Origin: Gemmatales bacterium
GTDB taxonomy: Bacteria; Planctomycetota; Planctomycetia; Gemmatales; HRBIN36
NCBI GenBank assembly: GCA_041640595.1
Contig: JBEPZY010000008.1
Coordinates: forward strand, 130,773 to 194,772
DNA length: 64,000 nt
Direction: 5' to 3'
The notes beneath the pieces were generated by a model, which had not been told where the DNA came from, made no database searches, and saw only the letters and a program-made list of their open reading frames with translations. The position numbers and the translations under genes are program-made. Of the stretch, positions 1 through 11,429 are shown one piece after another. The first letter of the stretch is position 1; the number at the start of each line of letters is the position of its first letter.

Positions 1-74
1 CTTGAAGTCAGCCGAAGCTTTTCAAAGGCGAAGCGAGAAACTTTCAGCGAGACGGAGATTTCTCGGAGCGATCT

Positions 75-1133
75 ATGCGAGTCGGGATTCTAACCGGAGG
101 TGGTGATTGTCCCGGACTGAACGCGGTGATTCGAGCGGTGGTGCGGAAAATTCATAACGCCGGCGGGGAAGCGGTGGGCATTCTCGAAGGCTGGCGTGGG
201 TTGGTGGAGGACCGCACCCGACCACTTACGGTAGAGGAAACCGATGGCATCATCGGTCAGGGCGGCACCATACTTTTTTCCTCGCGCACCAATCCATTCA
301 AATCGCCAGACAAAGTCGAAAAACTGCGGCAGGTATTCCGGCGACATCAATTCGACGCGCTTGTGGCCATCGGTGGGGAAGATACGCTGGGAGTGGCTCA
401 TCGGCTGCACCGCGAATTCGATTTACCGATCGTAGGCGTGCCGAAAACGATTGATAATGACCTGTCGGCCACGGATTTTACGTTTGGATTCGATACGGCC
501 ATTAATGTCGTCGTCGAAGCTGTGGATCGGTTGCGGACGACGGCGGAGTCCCACCGCCGCATCATGATTGTAGAAACTATGGGCCGACACGCTGGCTGGA
601 TCGCTTGCCTCAGTGGTATCGCCGTAGGAGCGGATTACATTTTGGTTCCGGAAGTGCCGGTCAATCTCGATCATCTCTGCGAAGTGCTGCGACGCCGACG
701 TGAGCAAGGTCGCCCTAGCAGTATTGTCGTCGTCAGTGAAGGCGTTACTCTTCCCGAAGGAACGGTTGTCCAGCAAACGCAGCTGGATGAGTTCGGACAT
801 GTTCGGCTGGGCGGAATAGGAGCCGCGTTGGCTTCGCTCGTCGAAAATCGTCTGGGAATCGAGACCCGCTACGTGATCCTTGGCCACCTGCAGCGTGGCG
901 GACCGCCGACGGCGTACGATCGCGTGCTGGCGACACGCTTCGGCATCAAGGCGGCGGAACTGGTACTGAACGGACAGTTCGGCCAGATGGCAGCCTTGCG
1001 CGGTACCGAAATTGTCGCTGTCCCGCTGGCACAAGCCGTTGCCGAAATCAAAAAGCTCGACCTGCGTTATTACGAGGAAGCCCAGGAGTGGTTCTTCGGG
1101 GCTTATACGCAACCACGCACTTCGCTGACGTAA
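75..1133 (+). CDS. pfkA: 6-phosphofructokinase (group III, likely PPi-dependent or mixed substrate)
   Basis: [37 protein letters not shown] and LGHLQRGG motifs. Confidence 0.95.
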   Translation: MRVGILTGGGDCPGLNAVIRAVVRKIHNAGGEAVGILEGWRGLVEDRTRPLTVEETDGIIGQGGTILFSSRTNPFKSPDKVEKLRQVFRRHQFDALVAIGGEDTLGVAHRLHREFDLPIVGVPKTIDNDLSATDFTFGFDTAINVVVEAVDRLRTTAESHRRIMIVETMGRHAGWIACLSGIAVGADYILVPEVPVNLDHLCEVLRRRREQGRPSSIVVVSEGVTLPEGTVVQQTQLDEFGHVRLGGIGAALASLVENRLGIETRYVILGHLQRGGPPTAYDRVLATRFGIKAAELVLNGQFGQMAALRGTEIVAVPLAQAVAEIKKLDLRYYEEAQEWFFGAYTQPRTSLT

Positions 1134-1161
1134 ACGTGGCCTTTACCGGCGCGAACCGGGA

Positions 1162-1284
1162 CTGGCCAAGCCCGGACCGAATGCGCTGTGCTCCATGCTA
1201 ACGGCTCCAAGCCGCTTCCCGCATAGTGCGTTTGGTTACGCTGGACAAGCCCAGACCGAATGCGCTGTGCCCATGCCGACGGCT
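1162..1284. repeat. Pair of ~45-bp direct repeats (40/45 identical) separated by 34 bp
   Basis: CTGGCCAAGCCCGGACCGAATGCGCTGTGCTCCATGCTAACGGCT at 1162-1206; variant copy at 1241-1284. Confidence 0.9.
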
Positions 1285-1708
1285 AGCGGAACGCATGTGT
1301 ATGCTTTCCGCAGCCAGATTGCCTGGTAAGAGGGGAACAATCCGATAACCCGATGCTGGGAACAGCCGAGCGAGCGGACGAAAACAAAGGAGAACCGGTG
1401 GCCCGGCAGTAACAAACCAATTTGCCCAGCAACAAGATAATGACCCGATACTGGAAACCCTGCCGTTCACGGCAATCCTGGCTTCGATTCGACCGGTGAC
1501 ACCGGGGGCAAAATTACAACTGGCGAATTTGTCATGCGCTTGCTGCGACCAAAGTTTTGCAGCGGCAGGTTGCGCCCGCGACACCGAGTTTCCGACCAGC
1601 GCTTCGGTCAAGGTGAGGACCGGCACGCGCACGCTGTCTAAAGCGTTGCGCCCGGAGAAGTAAGGTATCCGCCAGTGTTTCGCCGGCAGCAATCAATGGC
1701 CGGACGCA

Positions 1709-2797
1709 TCAGTCGGGTTGGTTTTCGATAGCCTGGACGACAAGGTCGCCGACTTCGCTGGTGGTATAGCCCATTTGTCCCGCGGCCATGCTCTTGAGTT
1801 TGTGAGCGGTTACAAAAGCGACGGCCTGTTCGACCCGTTGCGCGGCCTTTTTCTCGCCCAGAAACTCGAGCATCATTTTCAGGGCCAGGATAGCGGCCAG
1901 GGGATTAATTTTTCCCGTGCCGGTGTATTTCGGTGCGGAACCACCCATCGGTTCGAACATACTCGTGCCATTCGGGTTGATGTTCGCACCAGCGGCCACT
2001 CCCAGGCCACCCTGCAAAATGGCCGCCAAGTCCGTGATGATGTCGCCGAACATGTTTTCGGTAACGATGGTATCGTACCACTCCGGATTTTTGACCATCC
2101 ACATACAGCAAGCGTCCACGTGGTTGTAGTCGGTCTTGATATCGGGATATTGTTGAGCGAGTTCCTGAAACACACGCCACCAAAGATCGTGTGCGTAGGT
2201 GAGCACATTGGTCTTGAGGACGAGGGTGAGTTTTTTCTGGTCGTTACGTTGGCGGCAAAATTCAAAAGCGTACCGCAGACAACGTTCCACTCCTTGCCGG
2301 GTATTGATGAGTTCCTGAGTTGCTACTTCCCAGGGCGTGCCCTTGTGCAGGAATCCGCCGGCACCGCAATAAAGGCCTTCGGTGTTTTCGCGGATGATAA
2401 CGAAGTCAATATCCTCGGGGCCTTTGTTTTTGATGGGCGTTTCCACGCCTGGATAAAGTTTGACCGGTCGGAGGTTGATATACTGCTGAAACTCGAAGCG
2501 AATCCGCAGAAGCAAACCGCGTTCGAGAATTCCCGGAGGCACATCCGGATGGCCAACTGCTCCCAGATAAATGGCTCGGAATTGCCCCAGTTCACGCAGC
2601 ACCGAGTCGGGCAAAACCTCACCGGTTCGCAAATACCGCTCACCACCGAGATCGTATTCGACGGTTTCGTAGGTAAAACCTTCCCGCCGCGCCACCGCTT
2701 GCAAGACCTTCAGGCCTTCGCGCACCACTTCGGGGCCGGTACCGTCGCCACCAATGACTGCAATGCGATAATGCCGCATCTGCTGCGATCCTCCCAT
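1709..2797 (-). CDS. leuB: 3-isopropylmalate dehydrogenase
   Basis: IAVIGGDGTGPEV, NLRPVK, RENTEGLY, NMFGDIITD and FEPMGGSAP motifs; the start may be the second Met (MRHYRIAV). Confidence 0.88.
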   Translation of the reverse strand: MGGSQQMRHYRIAVIGGDGTGPEVVREGLKVLQAVARREGFTYETVEYDLGGERYLRTGEVLPDSVLRELGQFRAIYLGAVGHPDVPPGILERGLLLRIRFEFQQYINLRPVKLYPGVETPIKNKGPEDIDFVIIRENTEGLYCGAGGFLHKGTPWEVATQELINTRQGVERCLRYAFEFCRQRNDQKKLTLVLKTNVLTYAHDLWWRVFQELAQQYPDIKTDYNHVDACCMWMVKNPEWYDTIVTENMFGDIITDLAAILQGGLGVAAGANINPNGTSMFEPMGGSAPKYTGTGKINPLAAILALKMMLEFLGEKKAAQRVEQAVAFVTAHKLKSMAAGQMGYTTSEVGDLVVQAIENQPD

Positions 2798-3010
2798 GCT
2801 CTAAGCCCGATGTTGCCTTGGTCGTGCTGTGCTCAAATTAGCCACCCACAATCTCCGGCAACTGTCCATGCATCACTGGCCACCGCTGACGGCACGATCG
2901 AACCACGCGATTGGCCGCCTATCGCCGAGGGCAGTTCCGGTTGCGTTTGCGCTTGTCTAGCATATTGATAGCATACCACAGGTAGGAATCCGAGCCGAGG
3001 GAATTTCGTT

Positions 3011-4027
3011 ATGATAGCGACAGCAACTGGCACCACAAATAGACGGAATGGGCTGCGCGTAAGTGTGGTGGCATTATTGCTTATTCTTACAGCAGGTTGT
3101 GGACGCGAGCCTGTCTCGCACGAATCGCCAAACGCGACACGCAATTTGTCCGGCCCGACCACCGGTGCCACGATCCAGCAACCCAGAACCGAAGCCCCAC
3201 CAGCGTTCGACATCGAGGCAGTGCTGACCAGCATCCCAGAGGATACGGCAACCCTGCGACAACGGCTCCGGGAAGAACTGGATGTGAACTTTACCTGGTA
3301 CGAGCGGGACGATGGCAAGGTACTGATAGCTTCACTGGGCTTCAACAAATCCCTGCAAGACAAAGACCTGATTGCTCTGGCCGGTCTGGAAGGCCCGCTG
3401 GAAGTTTCGCTAACGAGCACAGCCATTACCGACGCAGGACTGGCTTTGCTGGCGCGGATGCGTGCCACCGAACGACAGGGACGCCCACTCCTGGCCGAGA
3501 TTCACCATCTTTATCTCAACGCCACGCGGATCAGTGACCGTGGCTTGCCTCACCTGGCGGCGTTCGGCACGTTGCGAACACTCGACCTGAGCGATACCCA
3601 GGTCACCGATGCGGGCCTGTCCCATCTGGCGCGATTGTCGCAACTGCAACGATTGTTCCTGTCCCGAACCCGGATGACCGGTTCTGGTTTGGTGCACCTG
3701 CAATCGCTGTCGGCCTTGCGAGAACTGGATTTGACGGGTACTGCTTTAGACGACACAGGCCTGCAACAGTTGCCTTCGCTCCCGAACTTGCGCAAGCTGG
3801 TGCTGCGCAACACTCGCATTACCGATGCTGGCCTGGATCGGCTCAAGGCTTTGCCGGCTCTGGAGGAATTGGACCTCACTGCCACCGGCATTACGGATGG
3901 CTGTGTTGCCAGCATAAAGGAATTGAAACGGCTGCGACGGTTGCGTATCGTGGATAAAACCAAGCTAACCGAGCGTGGCGCCATACAGCTCCGCCTGGCC
4001 CTGCCCGACTACGTTTACATTGACTGA
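3011..4027 (+). CDS. Exported or lipoprotein leucine-rich-repeat protein
   Basis: Hydrophobic N-terminus with LTAGC lipobox-like motif; 24-aa LxxLxLxxTxITDxGLxxL repeats. Confidence 0.85.
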   Translation: MIATATGTTNRRNGLRVSVVALLLILTAGCGREPVSHESPNATRNLSGPTTGATIQQPRTEAPPAFDIEAVLTSIPEDTATLRQRLREELDVNFTWYERDDGKVLIASLGFNKSLQDKDLIALAGLEGPLEVSLTSTAITDAGLALLARMRATERQGRPLLAEIHHLYLNATRISDRGLPHLAAFGTLRTLDLSDTQVTDAGLSHLARLSQLQRLFLSRTRMTGSGLVHLQSLSALRELDLTGTALDDTGLQQLPSLPNLRKLVLRNTRITDAGLDRLKALPALEELDLTATGITDGCVASIKELKRLRRLRIVDKTKLTERGAIQLRLALPDYVYID

Positions 4028-4263
4028 GTGGAGACGACCCGACAGCAGGACTTACCAATTGGCCGGCGATTCTGGTCTTGTCAGATTTCACCGTTCACGT
4101 GCTTGAACAGCTCACACATTGGCATCGGGCGCGAATCTGCAAGCCGAGCCAGCATCACGCCGAAACGTTGCCCGTCACCAGCCAGCCGGGCTAGCGAGAC
4201 GAAATTGCCATCGCTTATCAGGGAAGTCGCGGTCGCTCAGGTTCCGGCTAACTTGTGGCGGTC

Positions 4264-6504
4264 TCAATCTACGTAGAGGAATTCGTTGGTGTTGAACAGA
4301 GCGTGGCAAAACTCGGCAACGGCAGCCAGACGGAGTGGCTGGCTATGCTGGCGTAATCGCGACTCCCAGTCCGTCGGCAGCTTTTGTGTGCTGGCCAGCT
4401 CCGATTCGGTCTGGCTCAGGAAGCGGAGGGCGAGTTCCGATTCCTGCGGCGTAGGTGGTCGTCCGAAAGCCTGGCGCCAGGCATGTTGCACGAGAGCCTG
4501 GGAAGAATCCGGGTAAGCGTGAAGGAGGCGTTCGGCCCAGGCAAGTGCCCGTTGTCTTACAAATTCTCCGTTGAGCAGGCACAGCGCCTGCGGGGCCGTG
4601 GTCGTTTGCGCTCGCCGGGCACAACTGTTGAACAGGTCCGGTTGATCGAAAGCCTCAAAAAGCGGATATTTGCAATTCCTTTTGACATAAACGTAAATAG
4701 ATCGCCGATTGCGTTGTTCCGGCAAGGGATCGGGTTTCCAGGCATAGCGGCTCAGATTGGCGGGTAGTTCGGGCCTGGCGCTGGGGCCAAACATGCGAAA
4801 TTGCAGTTCGCCCGAACAAGCCAGCATGGCATCGCGCAGAGCCTCACCCTGCAACCGCCACCGGGGATAATGCCAGAGCAAGCGATTACTGCGATCGATT
4901 TCCCAGGCCCGTTGATGTTCGGGCCGCGATAAATCTACCTGCGAGCTTTGCCGATACGTCGCGGATGTAACCAGCAGGCGATGAATGTGCTTCAGACTCC
5001 AGCCGTTTTCGACCAACTCCACGGCCAGCCAGTCGAGCAGTGCCGGATGGCTCGGCGGGTCTCCGATCAGACCGAAATCATTTGGCGAAGCGACGATGCC
5101 GCTGCCGAAATGCTGCTGCCATAAGCGGTTCACGATCACCCGTGCTGTCAGCGGATGATCAGGGCGGGTCAACCACCGCGCCAGTGCAGCTCTTCGTCCG
5201 GTGCTGCGTACTCCTGGAGCGACAGCTGTGTCGGGAACTTCCTGCGGCAGGAAATGCGGAAAGCCTGGTTGAACTTGCTCGCGTGGTTTACGCCAGTCGC
5301 CGTTGGCCAGGCGGTAAGTCGGCGGGGCAACCGGGCCCACATCGCACACACCCATGACCGTCGGCAGCGCTGCGGGACGCGGCAGGCGTTGCAACTCGGC
5401 TGCCAGCTGTTGATACTTCTCCCGCAACGGCGGCGGCATTTTCGTCGGGGCCTCGCTCATCGCTCGCTGCAATTGTTTCTCCGCCATGTGGGCAATCTGC
5501 ATCTGGTACGGAGAACGCTTTTCCGGCGGCGTTAGAACCGCTTGCTGAATTTCGGGCCGGAATTTGCCCAGCGCGTGCTTGCGTAGTTCTTCCTTCTTAG
5601 CGGCAACCAGTTCTTCCATCTGCTGCAACATCGGTCGTGCCGACGCTTCCCACGCCCGCATTTCCTGTTCGTAGCGCTGGCGTTCCTGGGCTGTGGCAGC
5701 GGTGAGATCGTCCCGCGGCAACATAGCGGCAAAGAAAGCCTGCAGTCGGTAATAATCTTCCTGAGTGGTCGGGTCGTATTTGTGATCGTGGCAACGGGCA
5801 CATCCCACCGTCAAACCCAGAATGGCCAGTCCGGTCACCTCGGTTACGTCGTCAAGAATCTCCTGCCAGCGTTGCTCGAGATTCGCAGCGTTGTACTCGT
5901 CCGGCCAGAGGCGCAAAAATCCCGTGGCGATGATCGCTTCAGGATTATCCGGTTCAAGCTCATCCCCGGCCAGTTGCTGACGCAGGAAACGGTCATAAGG
6001 CAGGTCCGCATTGAACGCGCGAATCACATAATCACGGTAGCGAAAAGCATCGGGGCGATGGTCGTCGGCTTTGAAACCGTCGGTTTCGGCATAGCGCACC
6101 AGGTCGAGCCAGAACAAAGCCGCACGTTCCCCATAATGCGGGGAAGCAAGCAATCGGTCCACCACCCGTTCCCAGGCTTGCGGTGAATCATCCCGCAGGA
6201 ACGCCTCCTGTTCTTCCACACTCGGGGGCAAACCAGTCAAATCGAGCGTAACTCGCCGCAACCAAGTCAGTTTATCAGCCGGCGGATTCGGACGCAAACC
6301 TTCAGATTCCAGACGCTCCAGAATGAAGTAGTCCACCGGATTGATCGCCCAGTCGGAATGTTTTACCCGTGGCAAGGGAGCCTTTTTCGGGGGAACAAAC
6401 GCCCAGTGTGGCTGCGATGGGCCAACCGCGGGCTTTTCTTCTTCCGCCAACAATGCCATGGCCATGAGCGCGACGACAAGCCAGCATCCCCAAAACCGCA
6501 GCAT
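4264..6504 (-). CDS. DUF1549/DUF1553 (PSD1) planctomycete protein
   Basis: HWAF, LRRVTLDLTGLPP, SPHYGER, CARCHDHKYDP, HPLTARVIVNRLWQ and NTNEFLYVD; start placed at signal-peptide Met 6504. Confidence 0.92.
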   Translation of the reverse strand: MLRFWGCWLVVALMAMALLAEEEKPAVGPSQPHWAFVPPKKAPLPRVKHSDWAINPVDYFILERLESEGLRPNPPADKLTWLRRVTLDLTGLPPSVEEQEAFLRDDSPQAWERVVDRLLASPHYGERAALFWLDLVRYAETDGFKADDHRPDAFRYRDYVIRAFNADLPYDRFLRQQLAGDELEPDNPEAIIATGFLRLWPDEYNAANLEQRWQEILDDVTEVTGLAILGLTVGCARCHDHKYDPTTQEDYYRLQAFFAAMLPRDDLTAATAQERQRYEQEMRAWEASARPMLQQMEELVAAKKEELRKHALGKFRPEIQQAVLTPPEKRSPYQMQIAHMAEKQLQRAMSEAPTKMPPPLREKYQQLAAELQRLPRPAALPTVMGVCDVGPVAPPTYRLANGDWRKPREQVQPGFPHFLPQEVPDTAVAPGVRSTGRRAALARWLTRPDHPLTARVIVNRLWQQHFGSGIVASPNDFGLIGDPPSHPALLDWLAVELVENGWSLKHIHRLLVTSATYRQSSQVDLSRPEHQRAWEIDRSNRLLWHYPRWRLQGEALRDAMLACSGELQFRMFGPSARPELPANLSRYAWKPDPLPEQRNRRSIYVYVKRNCKYPLFEAFDQPDLFNSCARRAQTTTAPQALCLLNGEFVRQRALAWAERLLHAYPDSSQALVQHAWRQAFGRPPTPQESELALRFLSQTESELASTQKLPTDWESRLRQHSQPLRLAAVAEFCHALFNTNEFLYVD

Positions 6505-6728
6505 GGTTACCTCCGGCAGGATGTTTGTTGGCAGGATAATTCGCGGTAAGCTAGCGTGGAGGCCAGAAAGCCCGAAAATACGATCGGCGTTTGTCTCTGG
6601 CCTGCTGGAGTGATCTGGACTTGATATTAGCAACCGCGTCGGTTAGTTTCAACCCCCCGGAATGTAATTTTTGGCGGACTGATTCTTTGTCAGTCTTCAC
6701 CAGCCCCGGTATCCGCAGAGAAGCCAGT

Positions 6729-8081
6729 ATGGGCCGAAAAAAGACCCGATTGCTCCTGCTTCTGCTTGCCGTTACCACGGCCGGGTGGTGCATCTGGACG
6801 TTTCGCTGGGAGGCTCTCGCTTATTATCATGCCTGGTGCTGGTGGTACGGATTCGGTGAAGCTGAATATCACCGTGATCAGCTGGTTGCGCTGGGTGAAT
6901 CAGCCTGGCCAGCTTGGAATTGGTGGTTGCATCGCGCTACACTCGCCAATACGGACACCGCAAGCCAGCTGCTCGTCAACTGGCTTCATGCTGTTGCTGC
7001 AACGGGCCGAACTACCGAACTTCTGCAGCGGGTGGCGGACAGCTGGCCAGGCATGAGCGAGTCCGTACAGGCGTCCATGCTGCAAGCACTGTACGTTTGT
7101 GCCACAAGCAAAGATGCCGCAAGCAGTGATGCCTCGGAGCAGGCTGACGGGGATAAGCAGAACCTGACGCGGAAACCCGATGCAAGTGCGCAAAGAAGTG
7201 CCCATGCACAAACGGACCACGCAAAGCGTGAAACAGATGGTGGCCGGTCAGCCGTGCCGCTCCAGATGCGATTCATCTGCTCCGTCGGCCCGACCAGTGG
7301 CATATCACCCGCAGCAGTGGGTCAGTTTCTTTTGCAAGTGCAACCGCTCGACAATCGTTCCGCGAGACTGGCGGCACTTCAGCTGAGCCGATGGGTTTCA
7401 TTCGCCCAGGAAGAATCGGGCCACGCTGCCCCAGACCCGCACGCTGCTACTGGTACGCAAGCTACTGAAGGGTCGGTGCTTACGTCCAGGTGGTGGCAGT
7501 GGTGTCGGCAGCTGGCGGAAGTGTCGCTCAGTGATGACCGCGAGGAAATTCGCTGCCAAGCCGTGCGACTGGCAGCATTGCCGCAACTGGAGCTAAAAGA
7601 AAAACTGGCACGGCGATTGCTCATCGAGCCGAGCGAACCTGCCGCCTCGGTGCGTGCTCTGTTGCTCATCGCCGTTGGGGATCGGGACTGCGAAGAATTG
7701 GCACCGACGGAATCCCTGGCACGCTGGCTGCACGACGAAAGCCATGAAGTGCGAAAGGTTTGCGAACAGGTGTTGCGCACACGGGGACTGACCCCCCAAC
7801 AGATTCAGCTGGCTCGGATGTGGACCGACCCGGACCCGCTGGTACGTATTCGGGTTCCGCAGATGGTGTATCAAGAGCGGGAAATAGACCCCGTGTTGTG
7901 GCTGGAACGATTGAGCCGGGATACTTCGCCAGCCGTCCGGGCAGCGGTAATTCGCGCGGCAGGGGAACGGATGGAAGTTCGTTTCTCGGCACGACTTGCA
8001 GAAATGGCCCAGCAGGACACCAGTACGACGGTGCGACAGCTGGCCCAGTATTATCAGCGCGAAATGTTTGCCCAGCGTTGA
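6729..8081 (+). CDS. Membrane-anchored HEAT-repeat protein
   Basis: N-terminal TM helix; C-terminal DxxxxVR HEAT-like repeats. Confidence 0.75.
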   Translation: MGRKKTRLLLLLLAVTTAGWCIWTFRWEALAYYHAWCWWYGFGEAEYHRDQLVALGESAWPAWNWWLHRATLANTDTASQLLVNWLHAVAATGRTTELLQRVADSWPGMSESVQASMLQALYVCATSKDAASSDASEQADGDKQNLTRKPDASAQRSAHAQTDHAKRETDGGRSAVPLQMRFICSVGPTSGISPAAVGQFLLQVQPLDNRSARLAALQLSRWVSFAQEESGHAAPDPHAATGTQATEGSVLTSRWWQWCRQLAEVSLSDDREEIRCQAVRLAALPQLELKEKLARRLLIEPSEPAASVRALLLIAVGDRDCEELAPTESLARWLHDESHEVRKVCEQVLRTRGLTPQQIQLARMWTDPDPLVRIRVPQMVYQEREIDPVLWLERLSRDTSPAVRAAVIRAAGERMEVRFSARLAEMAQQDTSTTVRQLAQYYQREMFAQR

Positions 8082-8162
8082 AATCGCGTGCCGATTCTGA
8101 CGCTGGTACGCATTGTGCTAACCGAGCATTTGTCAAAGCGGGGAAAGCTTTGCCGTAAACCC

Positions 8163-8191
8163 TTGACCAGCCAAGCGCAGAGGTATAGAGT
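8163..8191 (+). promoter_or_regulatory. Putative sigma70 promoter of csrA
   Basis: TTGACC-N17-TAGAGT about 195 bp upstream of the csrA start. Confidence 0.5.
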
Positions 8192-8386
8192 TGCATGGAG
8201 ATGAGGTGGAGCGCAGCGGAGGCGCGAGCACCGTACCCAGCCGCAGTGCCGTGCCGACTCGTCGCTTACCGACCTCACCCGCAATGGGTTGACGCGTGAG
8301 GCAGTCACCGACTGGTTCACGCGGCCGCAGATGGGCATCGGTCGGGCGAGCTTCTGGCTCTGCCCCCAGCACAAGGATGAGCGACG

Positions 8387-8602
8387 ATGTTGGTGCTCTC
8401 GCGGAAAAAGAATGAGTCCATCATTATCAACGACGACATCATCATCACCGTCGTCGAAATCCGCGGCGACAAGGTTCGCTTAGGAATCCAAGCGCCGGCC
8501 TCGGTTAGTGTTCACCGCAGGGAAGTTTACGAGGCGATCCACGGACACGCCCCGCAAATTACCCCTGCCAAGAACGAAAATTGTACCAAGCCGGCTGAGT
8601 AA
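8387..8602 (+). CDS. csrA: Carbon storage regulator CsrA
   Basis: [14 protein letters not shown]...[17 protein letters not shown] is the canonical CsrA sequence. Confidence 0.97.
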   Translation: MLVLSRKKNESIIINDDIIITVVEIRGDKVRLGIQAPASVSVHRREVYEAIHGHAPQITPAKNENCTKPAE

Positions 8603-8734
8603 AACCAGCCTTCCGTTACAACCTTGTCGCTTGCGGTGTACAGTCGCGTTGTTATTCCTGGCGGAACTACTCTTTGCCTGCCAAGTTATCGGGTTTGTTG
8701 CCAGCTGCGGATAAAATGTTGGCGATTGCAAACG

Positions 8735-9379
8735 TCATCTCTCTTGTTTGCCAGGGCACAGGAACTCCGTCAGCAGGCCCGCAGTGTCGTCGAAATACTG
8801 CAGCGCGAGCCGGGCCGGCATCGGTCGGCCGGAGAATCGCCAGTGGTCTAATTCTGTGAGCAATGCCTCCAGTCGCTTGAGGTGGCTGAGCCATCGCTTT
8901 TCTTTCGTTACAGGCGAACCAGCTTCGGTGCGTCGGCCGTTTGCAGTTCTTAGCTGCCCAGAAAGAGCTGCAGCCGCTTGACGAGAGGCTGTCGTTGGCG
9001 GTTTCATTTTGCGTGAAGTCCCCAACGATGGTGGCTGCTCCTGCAACACGCAAGCCCGCCATTGCCGAATCGTGTAGATCAATTCGTCCAGCGCTGAACT
9101 GGTCGTTCGCTCAGCCAGCAATTTTGCGAACATGTTGTCTATGCCACTTTCGGTAGCTGTAATTTCGCGCTCCAGCCCCGACCGAAGTCGCAACAGCGAC
9201 AGGATCGCCGCCTGAGTCGGATTGTTCCTGCGCTGCTGCCAGGCCCACAGCATCAGCAGAGCGATCACCGTTGCCAGGACGGGCAGCCAGATCAGGCCGA
9301 ACAAGCTCATGCCACCGGAGTCGGGTAGCATTTCCGGTTCGGGGAACGGTCGCAATTGCTCTGGTGAAACCGGCAGCAT
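8735..9379 (-). CDS. Hypothetical single-TM protein
   Basis: ORF downstream of acs; TM segment LFGLIWLPVLATVIALLMLWAW; start chosen to avoid overlap with acs. Confidence 0.55.
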   Translation of the reverse strand: MLPVSPEQLRPFPEPEMLPDSGGMSLFGLIWLPVLATVIALLMLWAWQQRRNNPTQAAILSLLRLRSGLEREITATESGIDNMFAKLLAERTTSSALDELIYTIRQWRACVLQEQPPSLGTSRKMKPPTTASRQAAAALSGQLRTANGRRTEAGSPVTKEKRWLSHLKRLEALLTELDHWRFSGRPMPARLALQYFDDTAGLLTEFLCPGKQER

Positions 9380-9464
9380 GATTGGCCCGAAGAGGCGAAT
9401 CGCCCGAGCGGGTTTCTTCTTTATACCGAGCGGTTTGGGCGGAAAGACACGGGCTACTTTAGGC

Positions 9465-11429
9465 TTATTCTTCCTCCGCACGCAGGCGGGCCAGGATACT
9501 GTAATCTTCCAGCGTGGTCGTATCGCCAACCGTTTCGCGTCCGGCCGCGATGTCGCGCAACAACCGCCGCATGATTTTGCCCGAACGGGTCTTGGGCAGG
9601 GCATCAGTGAAGCGAATTTCTTCCGGCCTGGCAAAAGCCCCGATTTCTTTCGCTACATACTCACGCAGTTCCCGACGAAGTTCCTCGCTGGGTGCGACGC
9701 CGGCAGCGAGCGTAACAAAGCAAACCAGTGCTTCGCCCTTGATCGGATCAGGGCGCCCGACTGCGGCGGCTTCTACCACTTTGGGATGTCCGACCAGCAC
9801 ACTCTCGACTTCCATGGTGCTCAGGCGATGGCCGGAGACGTTGAGCACGTCGTCCACCCGACCCATGACCCAGAAATAACCATCCTCGTCTTGCCGGGCA
9901 CCATCACCAGTGAAATAGGCATGCGGAACCTGTCCCCAGTACTGCTGACGATACCGTTCGTCATCGCCGAAAAGCGTTCGCAGCATGGCCGGCCAGGGTC
10001 GCCGAATTACCAGATATCCGCCCTGATTCGGTGGCACACGCTGGCCTTGTTTATCCACTACTTCCGCCACCACTCCAGGCAGCGGTAAAGTGCACGATCC
10101 AGGCTTGGTCGGTGTTGCGCCGGGCAATGGCGAGATCAAAATCATCCCGGTTTCCGTCTGCCACCAGGTATCCACGATCGGGCACCGTCCACCGCCGATA
10201 ACTTCGTGATACCACATCCACGCTTCGGGATTGATCGGTTCGCCCACCGTTCCGAGCAACCGCAGACTGGACAGGTCGTGCTGGCGTGGCCAGTGGTCAC
10301 CCCACCGCATAAACGAGCGAATTGCCGTAGGGGCTGTGTAAAAGACACTTACACGATAGCGCTCCACGATTTCCCAGAACCGGTCTTCGCGGGGATAATT
10401 CGGTGCACCTTCGTAGAGGACGACCGTAGTGCCATTGGCCAGCGGCCCGTACACCGAATAACTGTGGCCGGTTACCCAGCCGATGTCGGCCGTGCACCAG
10501 TAAGTGTCTTCATCGCGAATGTCAAACACCCAGCGATGGGTGAGCGTCACACCCACGAGATAACCTCCCGTGGTGTGCAGCACACCTTTTGGTTTGCCCG
10601 TCGAGCCGCTGGTGTAAAGCAGGAAAAGCGGATGTTCGCTATCGAGAGATTCCGCCGGGCATTCGCTGTCCGCGCCGCTCATCAATTCGTGCCACCAGAA
10701 ATCCCGACCGGGAGTCATGGGCACATTCTCGCCGGTACGCTTGACCACAATGACCTTTTCCACCGTCGGCGAGCGTCCGAGTGCCTGGTCAGTGTTGGCT
10801 TTCAATGGAATAATTTTGCCTCGGCGATAACCCCCGTCGGCGGTGATCACGAGCCGCGATTTCGCATCGTTATTGCGATCCGCCAGCGCTTCTGCCGAGA
10901 ACCCGCCGAAAACGACGTTATGCGTTACGCCGATCCGTGCACAGGCCAGCATGGCCACCACCGCTTCAGGAATGAGAGGCAGATAAATAGTCACACGGTC
11001 ATTTGCTTTCAGGCCCAGACGCTTGAGCACGTTGGCAAAGCGACACACCTCACGGTGCAGATCCAGGTAGCGCAGCACTCGTGTATCGCCGGGTTCACCT
11101 TCCCAGATAATCGCCACTTTATTGCGCCGCCAGGTGGCTACATGTCGGTCCACGCAATTCCAGCAAGCATTGAGACGACCACCCACAAACCATTTGGCGA
11201 ACGGCTCGTTCCACTCCAGTACTTTTGTCCACGGTGCAAACCAGTCCACGATTTTGGCCTGTTCCGCCCAGAAACCTTCCGGGTCGTCGTAAGCGCGCTG
11301 CCACAGGGCCCGGTATTCTTCGAGGCTCTTGATATGGGCTTGCCGTGCGAAATCAGCCGGCGGCGGATAGACCCGGCTCTCGCGCAACACGCTTTCAATC
11401 ATCGCACCGGCAGCAGTCGGCACCGACAT
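9465..11429 (-). CDS. acs: Acetyl-CoA synthetase
   Basis: [20 protein letters not shown] and [11 protein letters not shown] motifs; GGGGAGG RBS. Confidence 0.97.
   Translation of the reverse strand: MSVPTAAGAMIESVLRESRVYPPPADFARQAHIKSLEEYRALWQRAYDDPEGFWAEQAKIVDWFAPWTKVLEWNEPFAKWFVGGRLNACWNCVDRHVATWRRNKVAIIWEGEPGDTRVLRYLDLHREVCRFANVLKRLGLKANDRVTIYLPLIPEAVVAMLACARIGVTHNVVFGGFSAEALADRNNDAKSRLVITADGGYRRGKIIPLKANTDQALGRSPTVEKVIVVKRTGENVPMTPGRDFWWHELMSGADSECPAESLDSEHPLFLLYTSGSTGKPKGVLHTTGGYLVGVTLTHRWVFDIRDEDTYWCTADIGWVTGHSYSVYGPLANGTTVVLYEGAPNYPREDRFWEIVERYRVSVFYTAPTAIRSFMRWGDHWPRQHDLSSLRLLGTVGEPINPEAWMWYHEVIGGGRCPIVDTWWQTETGMILISPLPGATPTKPGSCTLPLPGVVAEVVDKQGQRVPPNQGGYLVIRRPWPAMLRTLFGDDERYRQQYWGQVPHAYFTGDGARQDEDGYFWVMGRVDDVLNVSGHRLSTMEVESVLVGHPKVVEAAAVGRPDPIKGEALVCFVTLAAGVAPSEELRRELREYVAKEIGAFARPEEIRFTDALPKTRSGKIMRRLLRDIAAGRETVGDTTTLEDYSILARLRAEEE

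Noticed and set aside
1336..1458. Weak pair ACCCGATRCTGGRAAC, offset ~95 bp
   Set aside because: Short, and its period lies outside the 68-79 bp class; not counted.
1198..1692. 164-aa minus-strand ORF after leuB
   Set aside because: No recognisable motifs, TTG start, and it overlaps the direct-repeat pair; probably spurious.
1718..2968. 416-aa plus-strand ORF
   Set aside because: Antisense shadow of leuB.
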